A stretch of 27,358 nt of DNA, from the NCBI GenBank assembly GCA_019058015.1, contig JAHLWH010000123.1, positions 1 to 27,358 on the forward strand, given 5' to 3'. How positions within the stretch are numbered: position 1 is the first letter of the stretch; every line of letters begins with the position of its first letter. This DNA is from Promethearchaeota archaeon. Its GTDB lineage: Archaea; Asgardarchaeota; Lokiarchaeia; Sigyniarchaeales; SOKP01. A program made the translations under genes and the position numbers. Of this stretch, positions 1-7,810 are shown one piece after another. Under the pieces are notes generated by a model. The model saw only the letters and a list, made by a program, of their open reading frames with translations. It was not told the origin of the DNA and made no database searches.

Positions 1-12
1 TCAATTATTTAA

Positions 13-432
13 TTATGGAGTACTTTCATGAACCTTTAATATATTTCCTACATCGAATGTTAGTTTATCTGTTTGTAATTTAATTGCATCAATTGCTGTT
101 TTAATTAAATCTAAGGTGACATCAAGTTCTGTGTTTTTAGCCAAAATATTATCTAAATTTTCAGCAATTAATTCGCCTTTTTCATTAATTCTTAAAGGAG
201 ACCATCCAGATAAATCTAAAACTTCTGGCGCAGTTGCGAAATAATACCCTAATGCTTTTCTAATCGTCAATTCATCATGTTCAAATGGAGTCCATACATT
301 AGTTTTTGAATTATAATAATAAATTAACTGTTTTTTTGAATCAATACCAGGAAGTTCTTTCTTAAATTCAAATTTTGCGAATCTCTTTTTAAGTAAATCT
401 AATATTTGAAGTAATATCTCTTTCTCGTTCAT
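13..432 (-). CDS. Hypothetical viral protein, possible minor virion/spike component
   Basis: 139 aa ORF directly downstream of and co-oriented with the MCP candidate. Contains PLRINEKGELI and LTFDVGNILKV (fibre-like beta repeats) flanking a short coiled segment. Confidence 0.55.
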   Translation of the reverse strand: MNEKEILLQILDLLKKRFAKFEFKKELPGIDSKKQLIYYYNSKTNVWTPFEHDELTIRKALGYYFATAPEVLDLSGWSPLRINEKGELIAENLDNILAKNTELDVTLDLIKTAIDAIKLQTDKLTFDVGNILKVHESTP

Positions 433-516
433 AAAACATTCTATTTTTATTTTTTATTATGTGGATCCATAAAATAATTTTTTAATTATTCTAATGTGCG
501 TTAAGAATAATTTGAT

Positions 517-1350
517 TTAATAACAGATAACGATATAATAGACTTGTTTTTTAGTTCCTGCGGTTTCTGTATAAAAATTAAATTTCATACTTTCAGTTGG
601 GATTTTAAGACCTTTTTTACCCCAACTTTTCATGAAATACCCTGCAGTCAATGCTACTTTAGATTTTGATTCATGTTGCGATTTAAGTTCCGCCATTGCC
701 CCTTCGAAAACAGGTTTACCCGGAAAACTTATTTTTAATGAATCGTATGTAGTTGCAGAAAGCACATTATTATCAAAAGTAATTAGGATAAGTAAATGCA
801 ATCTAAAAGGTATTGTAGTTATAAACTTAATCAAATCACCTGTATCATCTGCGAAATTCCATAGTCCCCATGTTATATAAGGAACAATAACTCTTCCTTT
901 GATTTTATCCTCATGTTCATAGATAACATCAAAGGTTCCATCATAAGAAACTGTACAACCCATACTTGCTAATGAAGCCATTTTTGAAATTAATTGAACT
1001 TTCACATTTTTCGGAAGTGCATCTGGCAAATCTACGATAAAAATTTCATCATCCATATCTACATGGTGCTTTTGTTTATAAAACTCACGCAAAGCCCCCA
1101 TTGCCATGCTTATCTGTCCTGCAATTCCTGTTCCCCCTCCAAAATGAATAGCATCATTTCCTGCTACTCGGATTAAAATATCTTCAATTGCAGTATTTGC
1201 GACATAGGAACCACCGCCAGGTGTTCCTACATGGTGTTTTATCAAGATTTTACTTATACCTGCAACAGGCATAGTTTCGTTAATTTTACCTTCTGGAGTA
1301 TATGCAAGACCAGGTTTAAATATTTCTTGTATTGCTTCATCTGATGACAT
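517..1350 (-). CDS. Putative double jelly-roll major capsid protein (corticovirus PM2 P2-like)
   Basis: 277 aa with a beta-rich alternating pattern in two halves. IEDILIRVAGNDAIHF and YDSLKISFPGKPVFEG are each followed by a helix and a short aromatic strand, as in small DJR MCPs. GTGA RBS 9 nt upstream. Lies near a packaging ATPase. Confidence 0.7.
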   Translation of the reverse strand: MSSDEAIQEIFKPGLAYTPEGKINETMPVAGISKILIKHHVGTPGGGSYVANTAIEDILIRVAGNDAIHFGGGTGIAGQISMAMGALREFYKQKHHVDMDDEIFIVDLPDALPKNVKVQLISKMASLASMGCTVSYDGTFDVIYEHEDKIKGRVIVPYITWGLWNFADDTGDLIKFITTIPFRLHLLILITFDNNVLSATTYDSLKISFPGKPVFEGAMAELKSQHESKSKVALTAGYFMKSWGKKGLKIPTESMKFNFYTETAGTKKQVYYIVICY

Positions 1351-1385
1351 ATTTTTTTTTCACTTTTTTTTTTATTTTTTTATTT

Positions 1386-1802
1386 TTACCAGGGAACATA
1401 ATTAGTTGTAGGTGGTTCAAGACTTGCATCTTTAGCACTAACCGATAAAATCCCAAGATTTAATTTTTCAAAAATGAAATTAATTAATGGTTCTGCTAAA
1501 CCCGTCAATCCCTGCGCCAATACTCCAAGTGCTGGATATTTAAAATATGGGCTTTTCGCTTTTAATGCTACTGCCAAACCAATTCCAGATTTTGCGACAT
1601 TTAGGGCAATAATTGAATCGCTTAAATCTACTCCGGGAATTAATGCAAGTCCTTTTTTAATTCCAATATCCGATAATTTCCCTCCAACAGCCCCCACTCC
1701 TATTAAGGAAGCGGAGATTAAAGGATTTACTGATGGCTTTTTGGATGTAATCTTTTTTGCTTCTTTCTTAACTTCTTTTCCGACTTTAGTTATTGCAGAA
1801 AT
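1386..1802 (-). CDS. Putative viral membrane protein (about 138 aa if it starts at ATT 1802; track start is GTG 1697)
   Basis: Frame stays open to 1808. GTGA RBS at 1809-1812 lies 6 nt before the ATT. Lys-rich N-terminus followed by Gly/Ala-rich hydrophobic segments; directly upstream of the MCP. Confidence 0.6.
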   Translation of the reverse strand: MSAITKVGKEVKKEAKKITSKKPSVNPLISASLIGVGAVGGKLSDIGIKKGLALIPGVDLSDSIIALNVAKSGIGLAVALKAKSPYFKYPALGVLAQGLTGLAEPLINFIFEKLNLGILSVSAKDASLEPPTTNYVPW

Positions 1803-1914
1803 CTTTTTTCACTTTTATTTTTTTTTAATAGATTAAAAATTACTTAATTAATTCAGATAGGCATATTTAAATAAATGGATGATTATTTTCATTGCGTAAG
1901 CTAAAATTTTTCTA

Positions 1915-2463
1915 TTGAACAATGAAAAGGTTTTTAAATTGGAAGATAATAACGAAGGAACAATTTCCTTATCTGAATCAACGCCTGAAGTTGAGAGCGC
2001 CCCTCAAGAAAAGAATACTGAACTTATATTTACCGCCCTTGATAGGGCGATAAAAGAACAAAAACTTGGAGAAATTATAAAAAAAGCAGATGAAAAATAT
2101 TCTTTAGATAAAACATCTGAAATAGAAACAGAGCAAATTTCACTAACTGAAACAAAGGTCACCTCATCCTTAATTAATTTTTTAATGAAACCTCCTTTTT
2201 TACTAACAGATAAAATCTTTAAAAAATTTGATATTGAACAACTTTCTGAAGAGGAAAAAGAGAATTTAAAAAGTTCAATTGTACAATTAATCCTCGAAAA
2301 TTGGGATTCAAAAATAATCCAATGGTTGATAAAATATTTAAGTTTTGGAGACGCAACCAACAATTTTATAATAGCAATAATTGAAATTGTATTTCCTCGA
2401 ATTTTGAAATTAGATTTAAAAAATGATGAAAATGACGAAAACAACAAAGAAAACAACAATTAA
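1915..2463 (+). CDS. Hypothetical viral protein with a C-terminal hydrophobic segment
   Basis: 182 aa with acidic N-terminus and hydrophobic FIIAIIEIVF; overlaps the start of the ATPase ORF. Confidence 0.6.
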   Translation: MNNEKVFKLEDNNEGTISLSESTPEVESAPQEKNTELIFTALDRAIKEQKLGEIIKKADEKYSLDKTSEIETEQISLTETKVTSSLINFLMKPPFLLTDKIFKKFDIEQLSEEEKENLKSSIVQLILENWDSKIIQWLIKYLSFGDATNNFIIAIIEIVFPRILKLDLKNDENDENNKENNN

Positions 2464-3145
2464 TACTAATAATAAAAAAAAAAACGGAAAAGAAAAATTC
2501 ACTCTGAACACACTTAAACCTGGTCAGAGAATGACTATATTCGGAATGACACAAACAGGAAAGACATTTTTAGCCGATAAGATTATAAGAAATTTAGGAA
2601 AACATAGATTAGTAGTCGTCCTTGATGTAAAGGACGAATATGATTTACCAACATTACCTCTTAATAAACTAAAAAATAAAAATTCGAAAGGATGTTATCG
2701 AATTAATAAAATTAAATATAATAAAGATGGTAAAAATTACGAAATTAAGAATTTTTTGAGTATTCTTGAATTTTTATCCGAAAATCTATTTAAACGCAGG
2801 AATTGCTTTCTTGTAGTTGACGAAATTGCGCGGGTTATTAAAAAACATGGAATGATGTATGATATTGCGCCAGAATTTGGGACATATTTATTACAGGGCG
2901 CAAAAAGAAAATGCGGATTAATAGCAATTAGCCAACGCCCCGCAATGGTACATCTTAGTATTCCAAATGAATCGGAACATATTTTATCTTTTTATATGCA
3001 TGGAGAAAGAGATTTACTCGCAATAAAAAATTGGTTTTCAATTAAATCTGTTCAAAAATTAGATGACTATGAATTTATGAGATTTACAGTCCCCAAAAAG
3101 GTTATAAATCATTATAAATGGTACAAAACCAAGAAAATTGAATAA
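2423..3145 (+). CDS. FtsK-HerA superfamily ATPase, A32/P9/B204-like viral genome-packaging type
   Basis: Walker A GMTQTGKT, VVLDVKDEY, Walker B FLVVDE, GAKR arginine-finger region and ISQRP motif. Stand-alone domain of about 240 aa. Confidence 0.85.
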   Translation: MMKMTKTTKKTTINTNNKKKNGKEKFTLNTLKPGQRMTIFGMTQTGKTFLADKIIRNLGKHRLVVVLDVKDEYDLPTLPLNKLKNKNSKGCYRINKIKYNKDGKNYEIKNFLSILEFLSENLFKRRNCFLVVDEIARVIKKHGMMYDIAPEFGTYLLQGAKRKCGLIAISQRPAMVHLSIPNESEHILSFYMHGERDLLAIKNWFSIKSVQKLDDYEFMRFTVPKKVINHYKWYKTKKIE

Positions 3146-3203
3146 AATTAGAAGTTCTTAAAGCGATTTAAATTAATTTTCGTTATTAGGAAAAAAATTT
3201 TCA

Positions 3204-3395
3204 TTATTCAGGAGAAAAATTTTCATCCTGTATTTGAAAAATTTTCATAGAATCTTCTTCAAATAAATCCTGTCCAAACAATTCATAATATTCTTCCCAA
3301 ACTTTTGAATATTTAAGAATTTCATAAATCAGTAATGCTACACTAATTATTAATAATGTAATAATAATTCCCCATCCAAAAGATATTAAATCCAT
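3204..3395 (-). CDS. Small single-pass membrane protein
   Basis: 63 aa with an N-terminal TM segment (WGIIITLLIISVALLIY) and an acidic tail. Confidence 0.55.
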   Translation of the reverse strand: MDLISFGWGIIITLLIISVALLIYEILKYSKVWEEYYELFGQDLFEEDSMKIFQIQDENFSPE

Positions 3396-3550
3396 TTTAT
3401 TATTCTCTATTTAAAATATTATTTTACTAATAAAAAAAAATTACTTCTTTTTTTTTAAAAAAATTGCAAATTGCAAATTGCAATGGAAACGAAACTCTCT
3501 ATCTCTTATTTTTAATAATTAAATTTTTAAATTATGTTCTATAAATTAAT

Positions 3551-3628
3551 GGGGGGGTATGCCAACGACATCATGCATGATGCGAATACGCCATCTACAT
3601 CATGAAGCAAAACTCATAAAAGAGTTTT
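3551..3628. other. GC-richer hairpin cluster in a noncoding gap
   Basis: G7 run at 3551, perfect 14-bp palindrome CATCATGCATGATG at 3569-3582, and stem-loop AAAACTC-ataaaa-GAGTTTT at 3609-3628. Confidence 0.5.
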
Positions 3629-3704
3629 TTATTTTGGGACAGAGAGAGACCTTTATTTCCAATGCAGAATTTTAAATTTCAAAATAGAAAAATCTTTTTG
3701 AAAA

Positions 3705-3920
3705 TGTCAGACAAAAAATATTTTTGTCAGACAATATTAAATATTAACTTATTAATAATCTATCAACCTATTAATAATCGAAATATTTATATAAAATGTC
3801 AGACAAATTATAAATATGTCAGACAATAATAAATTTAGAAAAACAATTCGATTAAAAAATGAAAATCAATTAAAAAATTGGAATCCTAAAAATGTCAGAC
3901 AATTTTTGGAAAGTCAGACA
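3705..3920 (+). repeat. Six TGTCAGACA (TGTC-n-GACA pseudo-palindrome) sites in three pairs
   Basis: Copies at 3705, 3725, 3797, 3817, 3893 and 3912 (the last is AGTCAGACA). Intra-pair spacing is 20, 20 and 19 bp. Confidence 0.9.
3786..3793 (+). promoter_or_regulatory. Probable archaeal TATA box for a leaderless transcript of 3816..4076
   Basis: TTTATATA ending 23 nt before the ATG; the ATG has no GTGA RBS. Confidence 0.5.
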
Positions 3921-4076
3921 ATTAAAAAATTATCTCCAAAAATTGATTTTAAAAATATAAAAATAACACAGGATGACATGTGGTTTTTACATAAATATTT
4001 CACTCAAAAAGCCACAAGGGACGGGAAAAAAATATTAATTCCACAATTTATCGAATTATTAAAAAAAAATCTCTAA
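3816..4076 (+). CDS. Small basic DNA-binding protein, possibly ribbon-helix-helix
   Basis: 86 aa. N-terminal FRKTIRL alternating strand followed by helices; a second KITQDDMWFLHKY strand-helix unit. Repeats overlap its promoter and start. Confidence 0.5.
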   Translation: MSDNNKFRKTIRLKNENQLKNWNPKNVRQFLESQTIKKLSPKIDFKNIKITQDDMWFLHKYFTQKATRDGKKILIPQFIELLKKNL

Positions 4077-4086
4077 TTGAGTAGTA

Positions 4087-4311
4087 CTACCCAATTTTTT
4101 TTTCTTTATTTGTAAAATCACTAAATTTATTATAGTATTCATAAAATTTTTGCAAATAAATTTCTCCTAATTCTAAATCATTCAATTGTTTAATCAATTT
4201 ATTTAAAATTGTTTCAGATGTTTTATAACCATATATCTTTTCAATTTTTAAATTTAAAATTGAATCTATTAAAAATAATAATTCAAAACTTTTTATGCTG
4301 ATAGTAACCAT
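4087..4311 (-). CDS. Hypothetical protein
   Basis: 74 aa ATG ORF convergent with 3816..4076; TATA-like sequence upstream on the minus strand. Confidence 0.45.
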   Translation of the reverse strand: MVTISIKSFELLFLIDSILNLKIEKIYGYKTSETILNKLIKQLNDLELGEIYLQKFYEYYNKFSDFTNKEKKIG

Positions 4312-4344
4312 AATTAATTATAAAAAATAATTTTTCTTATATGT

Positions 4345-4418
4345 TGTAATATCTGGATATATATAAATATTCGTGAAAGAACTGTTTCATGAACTTTTAT
4401 ATATATCTGCATATTACA
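4345..4418. repeat. Imperfect inverted repeat with 34-bp arms and a 6-bp spacer
   Basis: 4345-4378 TGTAATATCTGGATATATATAAATATTCGTGAAA matches the reverse complement of 4385-4418 at 28/34 positions; spacer GAACTG. Confidence 0.9.
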
Positions 4419-4424
4419 CTAAAA

Positions 4425-4641
4425 TTCAATTAAAATGTAATACGCTAAGATGATCTATTTCTATCAATCGAAAGATGTAATATAATTTTCGGTAAATAGA
4501 AAAATGTAATATTTAGATATTCCACTATTAGATCTTTCGATTTTTGGAATAACATAATACATTTTTCGATTTTAGAAAAAACATAATATTACCATAATAC
4601 TCTTTTCTAATTTACGAATAGTAGAATATCCATTTCGATTT
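4425..4641. repeat. Mirror-symmetric array of degenerate 19-bp repeats (consensus AAATCGAAAAATGTAATAT)
   Basis: Forward copies at 4425 (partial), 4465 and 4494; reverse copies at 4525, 4554, 4594 and 4623. Spacings of 40 and 29 bp are mirrored about 4518/4519. Confidence 0.8.
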
Positions 4642-4807
4642 ATAGGAAATAATAATCCGACGATACTACAATATTTTGAATAATGAGCTCTGAAATCGAA
4701 TTAAATTGTATTAAATGATAAGATTTAAAGTTAATTTGTTATTAAACTGAATTAATTTAAATAAAATTTAATTAAAAAATTAAAAAATTATCGAAACGTG
4801 AAAAAAC

Positions 4808-6934
4808 ATGGCAGTACCATTAACTATATTTGTTGCTTTAATTGCAGGGATTATTTCTATAGCAATGGCACTATATTTTAGATATTTGGTATTAAAAGAG
4901 GATCCTGGCAATGAAAAAATGATAGAAGTTGCGGGATATATCGAGGCCGGAGCAACAACTTATCTAAAAGTTCAATATAAAGTTTTAGGTATTTTTGTAG
5001 CTTGTCTTGCAATTGCCTTATTATTTTTACCTTCTCCATTCGAAACCAGTGATACCTATACAAGAGCTGTTTCTGGTGCAATAAATTGGGAACAAATGAT
5101 TGCTTATTTAACTGGGGCTGTCGGTTCAATGTTCGCAGGCTGGCTAGGAATGTATGTAGGTGTGAAAGCAAATACTAGGGCAGCTCAAGGATGTACTAAA
5201 GGAACTAAAGAAGGATTTAATATTGCTTTCTTTGGTGGAGCAGTTATGGGGCTTGCAGTAGTAGGTGTTGCTTTAATCGGTTTATCTATTTGGTATATGA
5301 TTATTCCTGATCCTAGCATTGTTTTAGGATTTAGTTTTGGTGCAAGTAGCGTTGCATTATTTATGAAATGTGGAGGAGGAATCTATACAAAAACGGCTGA
5401 TGTAGGCGCTGATTTAGTGGGCAAAGCTGAATATGATCTTCCGGAAGATGACCCCCGAAATCCAGCTACAATCGCTGATAATGTGGGAGACAACGTTGGA
5501 GATATTGCAGGAATGGGTAGTGACCTTTTTGACTCCTATGTTGCTTCAATTATTGCTGCAATGATGTTAGCTGCATCTTTAGCTATAATTGTCGATGTTA
5601 CTTTAACAACAGAAGCTCGATTTATCTATGTTGTATTTCCCGTGGTTTTATGTGGTGCAGGTTTAATTTCTTCTCTCATAGGAATATATATAATAAAAAT
5701 GAAAGGTTCCGATGAACCTGGTAAAGCTTTAAACACTGGTACCTATTTGTCAACATTGATTTTTGCTGGATTGGCTGCCTTATTTACTTTAATTATGACA
5801 ATAGAATTAACCAATAGTGAAGCAATTATGTTGTGGAGAAATTGGGGTGCAGCTGTGATAGGACTCTTTTCTGGAATAATAATTGGTTTTACGAGTGATT
5901 ACTTCACAAGAGATGATAAAAAACCAACAAGATCAATGGCAGAAGCTGCTAAAGAAGGTCATGCTGTTGTCATTCTTAGTGGTTTCTCCTACGGGCTCAT
6001 GAGTGTAGTACCTGCTGCTTTAGGAATAATTATTGCAATGGCTGTTGCTTATTTATTAGGTGGAGTTTTTGGAGTAGCAATGGCTGCAGTCGGAATGCTT
6101 GCTATTGTAGGAACAATTGTATCTAACGATGCTTATGGTCCTATTGTAGATAATGCACGTGCTATAGCAGAACAAGGAGATTTAGGAGATGAGGTAATAC
6201 GTACAGCAGATCGTTTGGATTCTGCCGGAAATACAGCTAAAGCAATTACTAAAGGATTTGCCATTGGAGCCGCAAATTTAACAGTGCTTGCATTAATGTT
6301 TTCATTTACAACAGAAGCAAATAATATACAAGCAGGAACTATCCAAGCAATGGACTTACTTAAAATAAATGTTTTAATAGGTGCTTTTATTGGGGTTGTT
6401 ATTCCAGCATTATTCTCTGCTCTATTGATTCTTGCCGTTCAGAGGAATGCTGCTAAAATGGTTGATGAAATTAGAAGGCAATTTGAATCTAATCCAAAGA
6501 TTTTAAAAGGGGAAGAAGCCGCAGATTTTAATAAATGTATTGATATTGCAACAAAAGGTTCATTGAAAGAACTTATTTTTCCAAGTATTATTTCAATTGC
6601 AACACCATTAATGGTTGGGATTTTATTTGGTGTTGCGGCACTTGGAGCTTTCTTAGCGGGGGCTATTCTAAGTGGATTTGTCTTTGCAATTATGATGTCA
6701 AATGCTGGAGGCGCTTGGGATAATGCTAAAAAGTGGATTGAAGATGGTAATTTAGGTGGTAAAGGAACAGACGTTCATAAAGCTTCAATTACTGGAGATA
6801 CTGTTGGAGACCCATTTAAGGATACAGCAGGGCCTTCCATTAATACTTTATTAGTAGTTATGTCTTTAACATCATCAATTTTTGTGGGGTTACTCATGTT
6901 ATTCAATGCAGGAGCAGGATTAATAATTTTTTAG
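4808..6934 (+). CDS. hppA: Membrane-bound H+-translocating pyrophosphatase, K+-independent type
   Basis: GGGIYTKTADVGADLVGK, DNVGDNVGD and GDTVGDPFKD signatures. GNTAKA carries Lys at the position that marks K+-independence. GTGA RBS. Confidence 0.97.
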   Translation: MAVPLTIFVALIAGIISIAMALYFRYLVLKEDPGNEKMIEVAGYIEAGATTYLKVQYKVLGIFVACLAIALLFLPSPFETSDTYTRAVSGAINWEQMIAYLTGAVGSMFAGWLGMYVGVKANTRAAQGCTKGTKEGFNIAFFGGAVMGLAVVGVALIGLSIWYMIIPDPSIVLGFSFGASSVALFMKCGGGIYTKTADVGADLVGKAEYDLPEDDPRNPATIADNVGDNVGDIAGMGSDLFDSYVASIIAAMMLAASLAIIVDVTLTTEARFIYVVFPVVLCGAGLISSLIGIYIIKMKGSDEPGKALNTGTYLSTLIFAGLAALFTLIMTIELTNSEAIMLWRNWGAAVIGLFSGIIIGFTSDYFTRDDKKPTRSMAEAAKEGHAVVILSGFSYGLMSVVPAALGIIIAMAVAYLLGGVFGVAMAAVGMLAIVGTIVSNDAYGPIVDNARAIAEQGDLGDEVIRTADRLDSAGNTAKAITKGFAIGAANLTVLALMFSFTTEANNIQAGTIQAMDLLKINVLIGAFIGVVIPALFSALLILAVQRNAAKMVDEIRRQFESNPKILKGEEAADFNKCIDIATKGSLKELIFPSIISIATPLMVGILFGVAALGAFLAGAILSGFVFAIMMSNAGGAWDNAKKWIEDGNLGGKGTDVHKASITGDTVGDPFKDTAGPSINTLLVVMSLTSSIFVGLLMLFNAGAGLIIF

Positions 6935-7033
6935 TAATTAAGTAGAAAAATATAAAATTTTCTTTCAATTTTTTTTTATTATTTTTTTCATATAGTTTTA
7001 AAGTAGTTTAAATCTTTTAGAAAAAATTAAATA

Positions 7034-7810
7034 TTGCAAGTAGATTATATGAGTTATATTATGAGTTATATAACTGAAGTAAAAACTTCTTTAAAGAAAA
7101 TTTCATCAATAATTGAAGGAATTAACGGATTAAATAGAGATTCAATGCCTAAATTAATAGAATATACTAAAAAGATCTTAGGATTAATTGAAAAATTTGA
7201 AGAAGAAAAAAATGCTAATTTAAAAACAATAGAATTCAATACGGATAATATCAATTCATTAAAAAACAAAATTTCTCAAGATAATCGCAATATTTCAAAT
7301 TTAGAAGAAGAAATTGATGAATTAACTAAAGAACGTCAAAAATTGCTGGATACAATTCAATCTACACAAAATGACCTAACAGAAACTTTAGAGAAAATAA
7401 ATACAACAAAAAAAGAATTTGAAAATCGAAATGAGCGTCTTAAAGATTTGGAATCTAAAATTCGGGAATTAGCCAAATTAAAAGAAGTCTTTGAAGCTAA
7501 ATTAATAGAAATTCAACTTCAACTTGGTAATGATTTTGAAAAAAAAAGTAAAATTGTTGAGTCCTTTGGAAATAGAGTGGAAGCCATGAAATTATTAATA
7601 AAGAAAGATTATATCCACTCTTCACAAATGCAAGTTATTAAAACTCTACAAAAAGGTACATCTCTAGAAATAAAAAAAATAAGCGCAGCTGTAGATATGA
7701 AAGAAGAACAAATTAAAAAAATTCTTAGAAAAATGGTTGAGCTAAATGGACCAATTAAATATGATGAGACTGCTGGAACAGTTATCTTAAAAGAGGAGGT
7801 TGGTTTTTAA
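7034..7810 (+). CDS. Long coiled-coil protein with C-terminal winged-helix domain (start probably ATG 7049 or 7061)
   Basis: Heptad-rich E/K region of about 190 aa; C-terminal LEIKKISAAVDMKEEQIKKILRKMVELNGPIKYD has a wHTH pattern. Confidence 0.75.
   Translation: MQVDYMSYIMSYITEVKTSLKKISSIIEGINGLNRDSMPKLIEYTKKILGLIEKFEEEKNANLKTIEFNTDNINSLKNKISQDNRNISNLEEEIDELTKERQKLLDTIQSTQNDLTETLEKINTTKKEFENRNERLKDLESKIRELAKLKEVFEAKLIEIQLQLGNDFEKKSKIVESFGNRVEAMKLLIKKDYIHSSQMQVIKTLQKGTSLEIKKISAAVDMKEEQIKKILRKMVELNGPIKYDETAGTVILKEEVGF

Larger units (their letters stand above)
1..4418. mobile_element. Putative integrated double-jelly-roll (Varidnaviria-like) provirus, right arm; left end lies outside the window
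   Basis: Cluster of short ORFs without cellular motifs, containing a PM2-like MCP candidate and a small FtsK-HerA ATPase. It is followed by inverted repeats and then housekeeping hppA. No integrase or Rep is seen in the window, and the right boundary is approximate. Confidence 0.75.

Noticed and set aside
1474-2554. Antisense ORFs 1474..1836, 2004..2459 and 2366..2554 (also 632..880 and 994..1176)
   Set aside because: They overlap better-supported genes on the opposite strand and have shadow-ORF composition.
3559-3675. 38-aa ORF MPTTSCMMRIRHLHH...
   Set aside because: Short, no recognisable motif, and it overlaps the hairpin cluster.
4425-4641. CRISPR array
   Set aside because: Repeats are degenerate, in both orientations, with only 10-21 bp between them, and no cas genes are present.
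4312-4807. tRNA gene as the provirus integration target
   Set aside because: No GC-rich cloverleaf or T-loop consensus is visible in this interval.
7049-7072. 12-bp tandem duplication ATGAGTTATAT(T/A) at the gene start
   Set aside because: Real but in-frame and probably slippage; it only makes the start codon ambiguous.
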